A stretch of DNA of 62,366 nt, counting the filler, from Basidiobolus ranarum (taxonomy: Eukaryota): assembly GCA_040143965.1 (NCBI GenBank). It is 12 parts of 12 records of this genome, joined end to end, with 100 filler letters (N's around TTAATTAATTAA, not from the genome) between each part and the next. Parts side by side here need not be neighbours in the genome. Positions count along the whole stretch, not along the records: positions 31,277 to 36,382 come from JASJQH010008589.1; positions 36,483 to 41,585 come from JASJQH010008590.1; positions 41,686 to 46,786 come from JASJQH010008591.1; positions 46,887 to 51,982 come from JASJQH010008592.1; 8 more parts are not named here. One strand, given 5' to 3'. Position 1 is the first letter of the stretch, and every line of letters starts with the position of its first letter. The position numbers and the translations under genes were made by a program. Shown here in pieces: positions 34,700 to 47,809 of the stretch. The notes below the pieces were generated by a model. It was not told the origin of the DNA and made no database searches. It saw only the letters and a program-made list of their open reading frames with translations.

Positions 34700-35771
34700 T
34701 GTTTTACAATTTAATCTAGATTACCAGTATTGGGGTGAATCTGTCTCCACTGCAGTCTATATCCAAAACAGATGCTCACAAAATTGCTCCCAAATTCTAC
34801 TCCATTTGAAGCCCTATATGGATAAAAATCAAGTGTCAATCATCTCCAGATCATCAGTAGCACTATATATGGCCTGATTCCAGCCTATAAATCCTTAATT
34901 AGAACCATAAGCAGTATGTGCATGTTTTGTAGCTATTGTAAGTGTTGTATCCTCTTTATCAAGATAAAGAAATAGAGCCAGAGAGCTATTGGAACATCTC
35001 CAACAATGTTGTATATTGTTTTGCAGTGCTTTAAGACCAGCCACAGAACCAGTATGAAGCTCCAGAGTGTCCAGAACTACCACAATAAGGAGCAGGACAA
35101 GGACTGAAAACAACCATAAGAGGCTAGAAGGCAGGAAGTACTTGGGTGTAGACCATAAGACAAGACAAGACTGAACAGGGAAGACACTTTGGCAAAGATC
35201 TTTGTTGATCACTGTCATTGATCAGACTGAGGTCTGATCAAGGAAAACATGGAACTTATATAGATATTGCATAATGAAACACAATATACTGAAAAGGGAA
35301 TGTACTGTGGCAATTTCTGGTGTCAGGATGTTGGGCATCAAAAGGACAAATTAAAATAGGGATGATGTAAGGATGATCATGTGACCATCCAAGGAAGGTC
35401 TTGGCAAAAATATGCTAGATGTGGGTTGACATGATTGGTTAAGTTTCACAGAATGCTCCAAAAAACATAACTTCATAGATGGCTACCTGAATGAACTAAC
35501 ACAAGATTGCCAAGAAAGGATGGCACAGCTGATGTGATCTCATAATCTAATAATAGAAGAGTTCTATTTGCAGTGGATGAGTGTGCCAAGATCATGACAA
35601 GAACTTTTATCATGGGAACAAACAATGTTGGCTGAATTTCCTGCACTCCAGGACAACAAAGATGTGTGATAAGACCTCTATTATTGGCAAAAAAGCTAAT
35701 AGACTGGCAACAGATCTATAGGGTGAAAAATCCAGGCAATGTATTCATAGTAAGATTCAAAGCAAGACTAC
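34700..35771 (+). mobile_element. Older copia pol fragments (integrase ~34700-34890; RT start ~35610-35771) hosting nested LTRs
   Basis: LDYQYWGESVSTAVYIQNRC and MLAEFPALQDNK...RFKARL remnants. Confidence 0.65.
35078..35599 (-). repeat. Solo LTR, family B, with 5-bp TSD AGAAC
   Basis: Inverted homolog of 35772-36301; AGAAC at 35073-35077 and 35600-35604. Confidence 0.8.
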
Positions 35772-36301
35772 TGTCATGATGCTGAACTTGACATACTGAT
35801 CCACTGCAAATAGAACTCTTGTATTATTAGATTATGACACCATATCTGCTGTGCCATATCTTCTTGGCAATCTTGTGTTAGTTCATCCAGATTACCTTTT
35901 AAGGAAGTCATGAACTTTGGAACATTCCATGAAACCTAATCAATCATGTCATCCCACACATAGTGTATTTCTGCCAAGACCTTCCATGGAAGGTCATCTG
36001 ATCATCCTTACATCATCCCTCATTGTATTGGTCTTTGTAGTCCCAAACACCCCAACTCTTGAACTTGCTACAGTATAGTCCCTATTCAGTATATTATGTT
36101 TAACCTTGCAATATCTATATTAGCCTCATGTATTCCTTAATCAGACCTCAGGCTGATTAACTCCAGTTGTCAATAAAAATATTTGCCAAAGTATCTTCCT
36201 TGTCCAGTCTTGTCTTGTCTTGTGGTCTACCCCCAAGTACTCTCCTGCCTTCTAGCATCTTGTTGTTGTTTCCAGTCCTTGTCAAGTCCCTTATTGTGAC
36301 A
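35772..36301 (+). repeat. Full-length LTR, family B (TGTCA...TGACA, 530 bp)
   Basis: Terminal inverted TGTCA/TGACA; copies at 35599, 41796, 52547 and 57847 share the same boundary. Confidence 0.8.
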
Positions 36302-36482
36302 GTTTGATCAGACTACTTATATTTGCCTGTAGACTTCCCTCCATCCCTGTTCTCCAGCCATGAAACCCCAAGGGTTGGCTTCNNNNNNNNNNNNNNNNNN
36401 NNNNNNNNNNNNNNNNNNNNNNNNNNTTAATTAATTAANNNNNNNNNNNNNNNNNNNNNNNNNNNNNNNNNNNNNNNNNNNN

Positions 36483-36928
36483 GACACTTCCATGCCAGTG
36501 TACCAAGGTCAGCGGTGAATTTTGGAGACCTTGATCCCAACCATCCAACTGTGAAGAAAATCCTTGATAACCCAGAAGTCCTCGAATCTCTTCAATCCCT
36601 TGTCACCCTTCTTTCAAGTAAAGGTGTTAACGTGGCCAGTGGTAGTCCTCCTAACTTTATGCAAATCATGCGTGTGATGAGTGACCCTCAAGTTCGTACT
36701 CAAGCTCAACAGCTAACCAAACTCTTGCAAGATAGTGGAATCAAACTTGATATGACCGAAGTCATGGGTATGATGAAAAAACCTACCTCCACTGTTAACA
36801 AAACTGGTGCTCGTGAAGAAGAGTGTGTAGTTGAGGAAAAACCTCAAATAGAACAGAAGCAGAAAACTGAGAATCCTGATGGCATGATGTCCAAGATTAA
36901 AAGTTTATTTGGTAGAAGAAATGAATAA
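36483..36928 (+). CDS. Small protein with STI1/DP-like helical motifs, probably mitochondrial (5' cut)
   Basis: Frame opens RHFHASVPRS (presequence-cleavage-like); KILDNPEVLE and MRVMSDPQVR motifs; clean stop. Confidence 0.65.
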
Positions 36929-37233
36929 CCAGTCTATTCAATCTATCTATTGTCAAGTGCATATAGCATATATTGACCATGATTATAAACAATGTATTAT
37001 ATATAAATCTTGATTTTAAGTCTACTGCTCTACCAATTTCTTCAATTATCTATCTATATCTAACACTATAATGGTAATATTTGAAATTGATGGGAATTTG
37101 CCAATTTCATCAAGTATTATGGTTCGGTCTTCATTAAGCCTATGAGATGATCACGTGTTTCGTAGTTGGAGAAATATTCCTGATAACATCATGGCTTGAT
37201 ATTACTTGAAACTAAAGCACGAAGATTCTGAAG

Positions 37234-37803
37234 ATGTCGGATCCATTTAGTGAAGCAAGTTCTTCTAGAAGTAAGAACGAAAATGATCGTTTCATAGGTT
37301 CTGAACAGGCCGAACAACGGGTACAAACAGAGCATATTATTGTCACTATATATATATATTATTCTAACGATATTAATCCATACAGCTATTAATGGATGAA
37401 CAAGACCAACAATTAGACTCTGTTCTCAATACTGTTCACAATCTCCGTGAAATAGCAGTTACCATGGGTGGAGAGCTAGATGATCATCATATGTAAATAC
37501 ATCTACATTGATTTTCAGGAGAAACTTTCCAACGTCTTTTAACACCATCCACTCTCTATAGGTTATTAGAAGATCTTGATAATCAGTTAGATAGTACTGA
37601 TGGTAAATTGAAGATGGCACGTAAACGAGTCGATCGTTTCTTGGAGAAAAGCTCAGGTATATAGTTTGCCTTTTCAATATTTTTATTTGCACACTTCCTT
37701 TGTTAACAATATTTACCTTGAAAACCCAACAGAATCAACGTGTTGTATTACAGTGTTGATAGTCGTTCTATTTGTTCTTTTACTTCTGGTTCTTCTGATC
37801 TAA
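37234..37803 (+). CDS. Qc-SNARE, Tlg1/syntaxin-6-like, ~119 aa, four exons, no Habc domain
   Basis: Exons 37234-37320, 37386-37492, 37562-37656 and 37733-37803 give MSDPF...NDRFIGSEQAEQRLLMDEQDQQLDSVLNTVHNLREIAVTMGGELDDHHMLLEDLDNQLDSTDGKL...CCITVLIVVLFVLLLLVLLI*. Absent from the ORF track. Confidence 0.85.
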
Positions 37804-38424
37804 AATATTCGCATGTAACTCCATATATGTATATACTAATTCCCATGACCCCAAGTACTTTTTGATATATTCATTATTGGAAACCCTTCTCGAAGTAGTC
37901 AATATTTGTGTTTAGAAGTAGCATTTATATCGTTATTCCACACTACAAAAAAAACCATTCACTCACATCTACCTTTAACCATCATATTGGAATGAAATAA
38001 AAAAAAATTCCCCATTAAAACCTGATGTTGGGATCCTACCGTATGAGGCCATGTTTCCATGCAAATAGCGCCATTCCAATCTAAAAATAATTAAGATTTA
38101 GAATTCTTCAGTGAAAATAGTGTAATCAGTACATTAATATATATATTATAGGCTTGTGATGCATGTACTATACATCCAACCAATTTGAATTGAGGTACCT
38201 ACAAAGGCTTATAACGGATATAAAGTTACTTAACGTAAAGTCTAGCTTTAGCAGAATTATTTGAAGTAACACAAGAAGATAGATTAGAACCATAAATAGT
38301 TCACTATTGGTCGGGCGTTAGCACATGGAATTCAGCATCTCTTGTATAAATATACATTATTCGGGTATCCTTGCATTTTTATCTCTTTCGATACCCTTCT
38401 TTACGACAATCAGCAACATATCCA

Positions 38425-39656
38425 ATGAAAGGTTCCTTAACCAAGAGAACCAAAATCATAATTGCTGTGGTGACAGTTATTGTTATAGCTGCAATTGCTG
38501 GTGGTCTCGGTTACCACTTTACCCATAAGAAGGACACCAACCAAGGAACTCAAAATAACGGTTCAATTCCAAATGGTTCCAAAGGAGCCTACACTAACCC
38601 AGATATCCCTATCAATGTAGACCTTAAGATACAATCAAACTCCAGTTATACACGGTCCTTTTGGGGTCTGGCTTACACCCCTTTGAATGTTCAATTTCCT
38701 TGGTGTGGAGATACTCAAGACGAAGTAATTGAAGACCTTAAAATTCTTTACCAACTTACTCCCAGAATTCGAATTTATGGCGTGTAAGTATACTTTATAT
38801 TGAATATACCGAGGTCAGCTTGTTTTATAACTTTTCCTTCGATTTACCAGAGACTGTCGCCAGTTTGAATACATCATGAATGGAATAAACGCTCTGAATA
38901 TCCGCATGGGCGTTATCCCAACCATATGGGTAGACAATAATCAGACCACTTACGATCGACAACATGATACATTCTTTCAAGTTACTGAGCGTTATGGTTG
39001 GGATAATATTATTGGTGTCAGCGTTGGTAATGAGGCTATATACCGCAAAGAAAGTAAGTAATGAAGAGCTAGTACTTATTCCTTCATGTATTGATAGTTG
39101 TTTTCAAATCCTAGTCACAGCTGAAGAGCTTCAACGACGTGTTAAAGAAGTTCGTGATCGCATCACCAAAGCGGGCCACCCAGAGATTCCTGTATTCAGT
39201 ACAGACATCGAACAGTTAGATAAAATCCTTGATATGTCGGACATTCTATTCGATAATGTTCATCCTTTCTTTGCTGGAACCAGAGTGGAGGACGCCTCTA
39301 GCTGGACATTCAAATATTTCCAAGAAAACGATGTCGCTGTTGCAGCTAAAGTCGGGAAAAAGGCGGTTATTTCAGAGGTGGGCTGGCCCACTGGTGGTGC
39401 ACCGGACAGAGGAGCTATCGCTAGTGTTGGGAATCTTCAGATATTGCTTGATAACTTTGTATGTGAGGCAAACAAACGGAAAGTTCCTAATTTCTTCTTT
39501 GAAATCTTCGATGAACCTTGGAAAATCATCTTTAATGAACCACGTGAGACTATGTGGGGAGTTTTCAGCGATAAAAAGCAATTGAAAGCTGGGCTAACGC
39601 TGCCGAATTGTCCACTTCCTGCCTTTGGTCAGGGAAGTACTAGTTTGTTTGAATGA
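38425..39656 (+). CDS. GH17 beta-1,3-glucanase/glucanosyltransferase with N-terminal membrane anchor, three exons
   Basis: SFWGLAYTP, TPRIRIYG/DC, GVSVGNEA, NVHPFF, ISEVGWPT and FEIFDEPWK; introns at 38784-38850 and ~39054-39113. Confidence 0.92.
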
Positions 39657-41039
39657 TCTCTGTCAATAATTTTGCCTTGAAACAACTAAAAATGAATTTT
39701 GGATAAAGAATTGAATTTTCCCTCAATAGTCTATTTGATTGTTTAAAGAGTCAAGCCAACTGTCAAACACAGTTATGCATCTGAAAAAGGCAATTCATCA
39801 ACCTTAAATGCCATAGACAGCAAATAAGCCTCAGAGATCATCTAATAGGCTGATTAGATTGAACCGATTAGATAAAGCCGATTGTTTATTGTACCAAATG
39901 ACTGCCATTCAAATTGTATCTAATATATACTAGCACTCTGTGTGTGAACCGTGTGGTGTTGTGGAAGTAAAATGTAAGAGTTTGCTCAACTTGATTGAGT
40001 GTGCTGTTACTTTAGCCCCTCATCTCCTTAGGTATCCCTCGTGGAAATATATTAGTCAGCCTACCTATTAATGCATTAGTAATGGAGATTTAAGTAGAGA
40101 GCCTCGTACTAACCACCAATGTATATAATAGCCCTAGACCTAGCCCAAAAATGGGTCCAACATAACTATCGGAAAGTAGATTGTGCATTAATCCTGGTTG
40201 ATTTCGATCAATATATGATCGAATGGAGTTTTTCCGCGCAGCTAGTCCACTATCTATTACTAATCTGTTATCCTCTCGACAATCCTCTTTTGGTTGACAC
40301 GATTCACTATTAGAAGGAATAATACACGATTCACTATTAGAAGGAAGGGAGGGTTTATCATTTTGATACCTTACAACCTTCATTATTGAAGGCGAGAGAC
40401 TCTTGGATTTGTAATATCACCGATCAATGGTAGTCAGGATACCATGACAGGAACGGTGTTGCGTTGCAGGAAATGTATCACATTGCTCTCTTTAGTGTCG
40501 AATGATGACTACCAATTCCCGAGTCACAGATTCAGACGCCTCTAGTCCTGCATTCACCAACGATATGCTAAGAAATAACTAGGAATAAGCTCTCGAGTGT
40601 TGTATAATTCTTGGCTATATTTAGTGAATCTGAGGTGAAAGTTTTTCAAAGGGTACAAGGTCTTCCCAGATGATCCATTGGCTAATATGGTTTAATATGA
40701 ATCGATTTTGATATTTTATTTTCCCGATATAAAACTGAATGAATGCATATATCATTTAATGGACAGGTTTCCCATCAAAACAATTGATTCTGTTGGCTAA
40801 AGGGTAGAGGGTGAAGAATATGTGACCGTCATCATTATACGTGACTACTTTCTAAATTGGTAATTTGAGTCTAAATCAATTGTATATAAAGGTAAGATCA
40901 GTACAGACTCCTTTTGTTGTACAAAATCCTACTTTCTATTTTACACCATCAAGGTGGTCAACACAGGACCTGTATATAGTTCCAATTACAAAAGCCACTT
41001 CCATTAACATTTGAACCCACATAATCGGAAAGTTTGGTA

Positions 41040-41585
41040 ATGTCTGAAGCATTACACAGACCTATCGAAGATCCTAATAGTGTGTGGTCCTCTGGAGACC
41101 CCGGCCCCATCAGTTTTAGAAATATAATTGATGAAGATCAGCAACCTTTAGGAGGAACATATTTCGGCGAAAACACGGATGTTTCAATAGACAGAGCTGA
41201 AGAAACTTTCGCTGGGGTCACTCGTACTTTATCTCGAACACCACAAGATGTCGTCAGCGCTGAGGCTGGTGAAGGAGAGTTTGATCTAGAGAAACATCTT
41301 AACGCCGTTGTGCAAAACAGAGAACAAAGAGGTGTCCCGCAAAAAAAGTTGGGTTTGACTTTTCAAAATTTGAGCGTATTTGGAGAGAGCAACGATTTTC
41401 AACGTATTAGTACGGTCGGAAATATGCTACTGGGCACGTTGAACTTTGTGCCTCTAATACGTAATCTGTTTGGTACATCCGATAAAGAACATAGAGAGAT
41501 ACTGCACGATATTACCGGTTATTGCAAGACTGGCGAGATGTTGTTAGTTTTGGGCAGACCTGGTAGCGGTTGCTCCACTTTACTG
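41040..41585 (+). CDS. PDR/ABCG transporter N-terminus (cut by contig end)
   Basis: KKLGLTFQNLSVFG, then ILHDITGYCKTGEMLLVLGRPGSGCSTLL (PDR-type Walker A). Confidence 0.93.
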
Positions 41586-41685
41586 NNNNNNNNNNNNNNN
41601 NNNNNNNNNNNNNNNNNNNNNNNNNNNNNTTAATTAATTAANNNNNNNNNNNNNNNNNNNNNNNNNNNNNNNNNNNNNNNNNNNN

Positions 41686-41955
41686 ACTAACACAAGATTG
41701 CCAAGAAGAGATGGCACAGCAGATATGATGTCATAATCTAATAATAGAGGAGTTCTATTTGTAGTGGATCAGTATGCCAAGATCAGAATCATGACACAGA
41801 GAAGTAAATCAATTGTTTGAGATATTCAGGAGTTTGTGTAATAAGATATTTGTAACTAGAATATGGAGGTTATAGATTTGTTGTTTTCTTGTTTCTGATA
41901 TATGTATCATAACTAAAGTTAACTAAGATGTTGAATAAAGATTAATTATCCAACA
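41686..41955. repeat. LTR family B end (41686-41796) plus LTR family C 3' part (~41800-41955)
   Basis: ...CAGAATCATGACA boundary; second part ends AATAAAGATTAATTATCCAACA and matches 51830-51982 and the reverse complement of 53131-53340. Confidence 0.7.
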
Positions 41956-44063
41956 TTTTCTAAAAGAATTTGAGAGTTAAGGACTAAAATGCATGATAGA
42001 GGATCTTCCATTACACTTTTTATGTTGTACCAAGCTCAAAGATTATTACAGCTGGTGACTATGACTATAGCGTAAAATATGGCAGGAAGGCAAAGGATAT
42101 ATTTATCAATGGAAATACAACATTCTTACAAAGAATTTGTGACATGAAAGTCAGCAAAATATTAGCGGGATAAGCTGTAACCCATCACAAAAAAGCAACT
42201 GAAACCTGTAAGTACACCCACTAGAATCCAAGTCTAGATATTTCCTTCAGAACACAAAGGTACTCTAAAGAATGGTCTGCGATGGTTTTGCTGTGCAGAT
42301 TTACACCAAATATTAAGAAACAGCTATACTTCTTGAGTGCAATATTCTATCTTTTCCACACTATCAATGACGCTCACGTTCGAAATCTCTATATAATTGG
42401 AGATTTTCTAGTAGGAATCTAATAGGTTGCATATCTATCCCACAATTGATCTTCTGCACATAATTGTGTAGTGTGACACTACATAGGCAAGATCGAAGGA
42501 TGTTTGGAAGTAATGATTCGTTGAAATAATGGTCACCAAACTTGTGCGGAAGATTCAACATAAAAGCGGTATCTTGCAAATCAGTAGTGATATAGACTGT
42601 GTCTAAGCGAAGATTGATCACCAATGATGAATAGAAATATCAAATCAGAGCCAACCTTAACTACAAGAGAGGAAGTAAATATAACAAAGTAGTTTCGCTT
42701 ATGACAAGCCAACCCGCAAGAGCAGTATGGTGACAAATGGATATACCAGGCTTGGGATTTCAAAACCTATCTAGCTTTGAACTTTTCAACTCCGATACGA
42801 TCGTGCAGATCAAAGCTGGATTGACATTCTACTGAATCGTCGACATCCGTTTAATGTCCATGAATTCAAAACTCAGTGATCCACATGGTTGGTTCACCTG
42901 TAGCGAATGGCAGAGTTGTGGCTTATTTTAATGACTCAACAATCGCTTTGGAAGAAACAAACTAGGCATTGCATCAATTTTTTGTTATCATTTCCAACTA
43001 GGTTTGCTCCCAGCAGATTATTGCAATGATAAACCCATCACTGACGCTTTACAACCTTATATCGGAATATGGATTGTATCTTAATCGGAATATAGGTTCT
43101 CTCTTATGGCCAGAAGGATTTTCTGTTTGGGCAATGTTCATCGCTATAATCAGGCTCCATCATCTCTCATTGTAATATTGCATGCTATATCCGTGTAACA
43201 AACGAAAAAATTGAAATAAACTGGTTTCTTTGTCGTAGATATCGAGTCTTTGTCTGCAATAATCAATTGCCATATCAGCGTGAGGCGGGCTGGCGCACAA
43301 CCATTGAAGGGTATTCAATCTATATACAAAATAAGTACTGGTGTAAAGAAGCAACTCCAATAGACATTTCAATATTTAACTACTGATTGGGCATCGACTC
43401 TATAATGCAATAAAGATTAAGTGAAATACCCATCATTGCTTTGGTGTACTTATGGCCCTTCGCGGTCCAAATGACTAGCTCCTTATGATGTACACTTCTA
43501 ACGATAATCGGATGGGATATTCACTCGAAATGATATATTAAATTGCAAGGGATTTGATTTTTGACCACTCCACTCTCTACTCTGAAATCTCTCATAGCCA
43601 ATCTTCCGAATCCAAGATACTTGTAAAGGTAAGAATTTTACATGTAGGTTACCGAACTTTGTTCATGTTAAAGTGAGTGACTTTGAATCATATTACAACT
43701 ACGTAGCTCCTCAACCCTCTCAAACTTCCATAGAGATCTAGATCCTTCTCCTGCCTCACAGCCCAATGAGCTCAACCAAGTATAAATAAACTCTTAAATA
43801 TATACGAGCTACAAATTAAAAACAGATATCGAATTTATACTGGAGGAGCGAAGGTTTCTTTGGTTGGACTGCATGAGAGGAGAAAATTCCATTTCCATCA
43901 TCAGCTAATCGTCTAGAGTGGTTTATTTATTATGCAGTTATGTGGGATGTTTGTTGTAAGGGCAATATTTACAATCCATTGGTCTTCCAATAGATGACTG
44001 AGGCTAGAAAAAAGTGTCTGCACTACAGCTGGTGTCACCATAGTCAGCATTTCTCAACTGCAA

Positions 44064-44702
44064 TCAGATTTGAATGAATATGGTTGGCGCATCTGGCTGG
44101 GAAGATTGACAATCATTAATCCTATAATGACGCTTTCTAGCATCAACTCGGGCAAACCTCATGTTACAGAATGCACATTTATAGGGCTTCTCCCCAGTAT
44201 GTAATCTTGAATGCCTATCAAGATCATATTTCCGAGCGAAGGCTTTACTACAATTGGTGCATTTGTATGGCTTCTCCATCACATGTGTCTCCTTTCTGTT
44301 ATCCATGTGAGTATTGGAGCGCGAACGCTTGTGTGTCGGCACAGAATCTGAAGCCTCGAACATCGACCGAGTCATGACAGGTTGAACTGAAAAGCCACGC
44401 TTCATTCTACGCGTAGTGGTTAGCACATGATCATCAATGTTAGTTGAGTCACAGTTCACAAACTCAAACTTGGGAGTCCTCTGTACAGTCACTAATGGAT
44501 CATTCGGGTGACTGACCTCCGTGGGTGGGATAGTGCTTGCAGTGAATAGGGATAGTATTAGAGAGTTGACTTCATATTCACTCAGACTTGGCTCTGAAAG
44601 TGGACAATTTGAGGCCAGATAGGTATGCTCGACAGTATTCTTATGGAACATCGCAAGATAATCCCAAGTGTTGCTTGTAGCAGTAAGATCCTCGAAAAGC
44701 AT
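44064..44702 (-). CDS. C2H2 zinc-finger transcription factor
   Basis: KPYKCTNCSKAFARKYDLDRHSRLHTGEKPYKCAFCNMRFARVDARKRH. Confidence 0.9.
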   Translation of the reverse strand: MLFEDLTATSNTWDYLAMFHKNTVEHTYLASNCPLSEPSLSEYEVNSLILSLFTASTIPPTEVSHPNDPLVTVQRTPKFEFVNCDSTNIDDHVLTTTRRMKRGFSVQPVMTRSMFEASDSVPTHKRSRSNTHMDNRKETHVMEKPYKCTNCSKAFARKYDLDRHSRLHTGEKPYKCAFCNMRFARVDARKRHYRINDCQSSQPDAPTIFIQI

Positions 44703-46886
44703 GATATTGAGGTGATTATTAGTATGTATTGTACACTGACCAGGTCCTAGGTCTTATATATCTAGCATTTAACTTTTTTTCGTAACAAAGCTGCAGTAAC
44801 TTGACTTCTTCAGGAATGCCACCATCCAAATCTGGAGAATCGGAAATGATGTACCTTTTAGAGTGGCAGATTGGATTAAAGAATACAAGAATACTCAAAA
44901 ATAGCACCATTTTCAGAGACTTTATAGATTATTTGTTGAAAATAAGGCACTTCCGCCCACCAAATCATGGATGTCCAACAAATAGATAATTCCAGTCAGT
45001 CGGACAATTATTCTAATATTGATTCAAAGCTTAATGTAGATTCACTTGGATTCCTGATAATTACAGATTTCAGGAATTCTCAGAAATCATCGGTGTAACA
45101 GAGCACAAGCTCTACTGAAAATCCCTCTCTTCTAACTTATTAGGGGGTAACTACAGTTAGCAGTTTGGGTGTGTATAGAATAGGCCGAGCATGTATAGGT
45201 GAAATAAACTAAAGCAACTCGTGGGCAGATATGTAATATATCTTAGCACATTGTTACTGGGTTTCTAATTCTCTGTTGGGGCGATTAGTTCTCTACTCAC
45301 GATAACAATCTCTGTAACCAGTGGTCAGATCCAATCAGTGTTCACAAGCGCTAAGGTGTTTGTATTTGAAGCAAGTAGGGGTTTCCAAATCCTACATACA
45401 TTAGCTTCTCTTAGTTAGCACTAGTGGCGAGCATGTCTACGGGTCTGCTATTTAGTTTGATTTGCATGCTGTAGCAGAATAAGGATAGTAACCATTGATC
45501 GAGACTATCAATAGATTTGGCATGTAGGTGTGATTCTTTTCTAGAAATCTATTTTGTTGGTTTAGTCGATCAAAGCTCTTTATCGACGACACTTAGCGAT
45601 GACATCACAATGCTTTAAATAGATGTGCATCGAATGGGGCTGTCCGCCTATACGCACTCTGTGAAGAAAATGGAATCAGGGTAAGATTGATGATCATTCA
45701 GTTGCAATATCCCCTAGGCCGAGTGGTGAAGGATTTGCATGCACACATATACCAATCACGTAGCAGGCAAATCGATCTCTTCCCACTAGGCTGCACCTAC
45801 CTTTTCAGGTGACGGGGTACGATCCTAAAGAACGCTCTCCATTGGGGTTTGAGCTGATTGCTTTTCAAAAGGGAACGTAGTCTTGCTCGTCAAATAGTCG
45901 TAGCAAGGCCACGAAGATCCTGCTCATCTGCGATTCTTCATTTAGCAAACTGACTTTGTTACATCATTTTTCGTAAATCCAACACCAACATGGATTATTT
46001 CCTAATTCAGCGTGAGAACTAATTGGTGAATTGAGTTGATTCTCCCCACAAACCTGATGTTGCCGCCGCTGCAAATTGAATTCCTGATAGATAGATTAAA
46101 CTCATTATCTCAATATGGATGCATTCAAGATTATAGAATTTCACCTGCATAACAACAAACATGGTGATTGTTTATAATCATCTGGTGTTGCTTCTAGAAA
46201 CAAATATATTGGCCTATTTTGACCAGAATAGCAATCCACCGCTTAGATGCTTAATTTCCCCAACTTCAGAACTGCATTTTACCCGCAGTTCTATTTTAGT
46301 TTAAGCTCTGCACGCTACCGATTCTGACATAGTTATTTTGAACTCCTGCCGAATGGGTAGAAAGCTTTGTGATGGCGTACTTTGCTTCGGACTTAGAAAG
46401 GATCTACACCTGTGATCAGACACTATTACTGCTTTTACTGAAAAGTATTATGATGCAATGCTTGGAACCTTAAGAGGGTTAACTTTTGGCTAACAGCGAG
46501 CCTCAGGATGGAAGTAACTGATAAAACTAAGCTTCAAAAAGAATCTCTTAAATCAGCGGACAAGCATATTTTCTATGGAAGTCGAGTTTTTTGAGGGTTT
46601 TTGCTTCCACTTACCTTTTGCGAACGGGAAAACTATGGATGGCTATCTCTATACAAATAAAGATTGCTTTGCCAAGTTTTACGCTGGAATTAGTATCTGA
46701 GCTAACGTACAGGGAAATAATCTTCACCTCCAGCGATTAGAGTTGCAATCAAAATGCTATTTGATTTAAAGGTTTAGCTCAAATTCNNNNNNNNNNNNNN
46801 NNNNNNNNNNNNNNNNNNNNNNNNNNNNNNTTAATTAATTAANNNNNNNNNNNNNNNNNNNNNNNNNNNNNNNNNNNNNNNNNNNN

Positions 46887-47220
46887 TGTTGAATAAGAGA
46901 GTCCACTTGCGACCGATTTTGTTGGCAGCGGGTCCAGCACTGAGGCCACCAACCAAACCACCGATGGCGAGGATACCGACAGCCAGACCCCAAGTACTAG
47001 AAGACATAGGGAGACAAGCTGGAAGGCCACTGTCGTTGTACTGGCTCATATCGCAGTTTCTGATCACTGATTCTGGTGCATTGGGAGCAGCACTGTTGAA
47101 ACCAGCAGCGAATGCAGCTAAGGCAGCGGTAGCACCACAAAGCCAGATGTAAGGAGTGAACTTGACGTTCTTGGAATCGCAAGTAGATATATCCGAGTTA
47201 TGAGTTTTTTTGTCTGTCAT
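46887..47220 (-). CDS. MFS sugar porter (GLUT-like) N-terminus, cut by contig end
   Basis: Paralog of 48517-49994: FTPYIWLCG..AALA.F.AG.NS.APN.PESVIRNC...WGLAVGILAIGGL.GG...GRK. Confidence 0.9.
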
Positions 47221-47748
47221 ATGGAACTTTGTAAGATTATTAGATTTATTCGATTTAGGTATTGTTAGAATGATTATGGGCCTATTTATAATAGTTAGGA
47301 TTGATTATTTATGGAATGTAAAATATGCCAGTACCTATATTACCCAATTAAGCAATTAATGCTAAGAATACCGGAAACAAACGTATTTTACCTAACATTA
47401 ACGATCTATAGGGTACTCGAAAGTATTGGTAACAAAATACTGCTAATATGAATATTTATGGAGTCATTAATTTGTTTTGAGCATCATGGAAAATACGATG
47501 AATTTAGGTTTGTAGAAATTACCGCAATTAGTTAGATAAGTTAGTATTCTATGTCACTTTCATATTGTGAATTAATCTAAGTTCGGCTTCACTGTTCTGT
47601 TTATCCTCAGTATTTCTTGTGAAGAAGCAATTTTCCAATCTAGGATTTGTTGTTGAGCTAATACAAATGATTGGTAATTGTGGTAAAGTTTTGATTTATT
47701 ATGTTTTATCGAACAATGTTTAATTTTACAGGTAGTTATAACGAATTA

Positions 47749-47809
47749 ACTAAGATTATGCTAATAAAAGCTAAAAGGTACTAAGATTATGCTAATAAAA
47801 GCTAAAAGG
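47749..47809 (+). repeat. Tandem duplication with 31-bp period
   Basis: ACTAAGATTATGCTAATAAAAGCTAAAAGG twice, separated by one T. Confidence 0.9.

Noticed and set aside
35078-36301. Single foldback or MITE element with long TIRs
   Set aside because: The arms are TG...CA LTRs found singly elsewhere, and the left arm has its own TSD.
40090-40383. 97-aa ORF with a C-terminal hydrophobic segment
   Set aside because: Possibly the tail of a decayed membrane-protein gene, but the upstream frame has stops and no family is recognisable.
45714-45735. TAGGCCGAGTGGTGAAGG resembling a tRNA A-box
   Set aside because: No B-box (GTTCRA) or cloverleaf follows.
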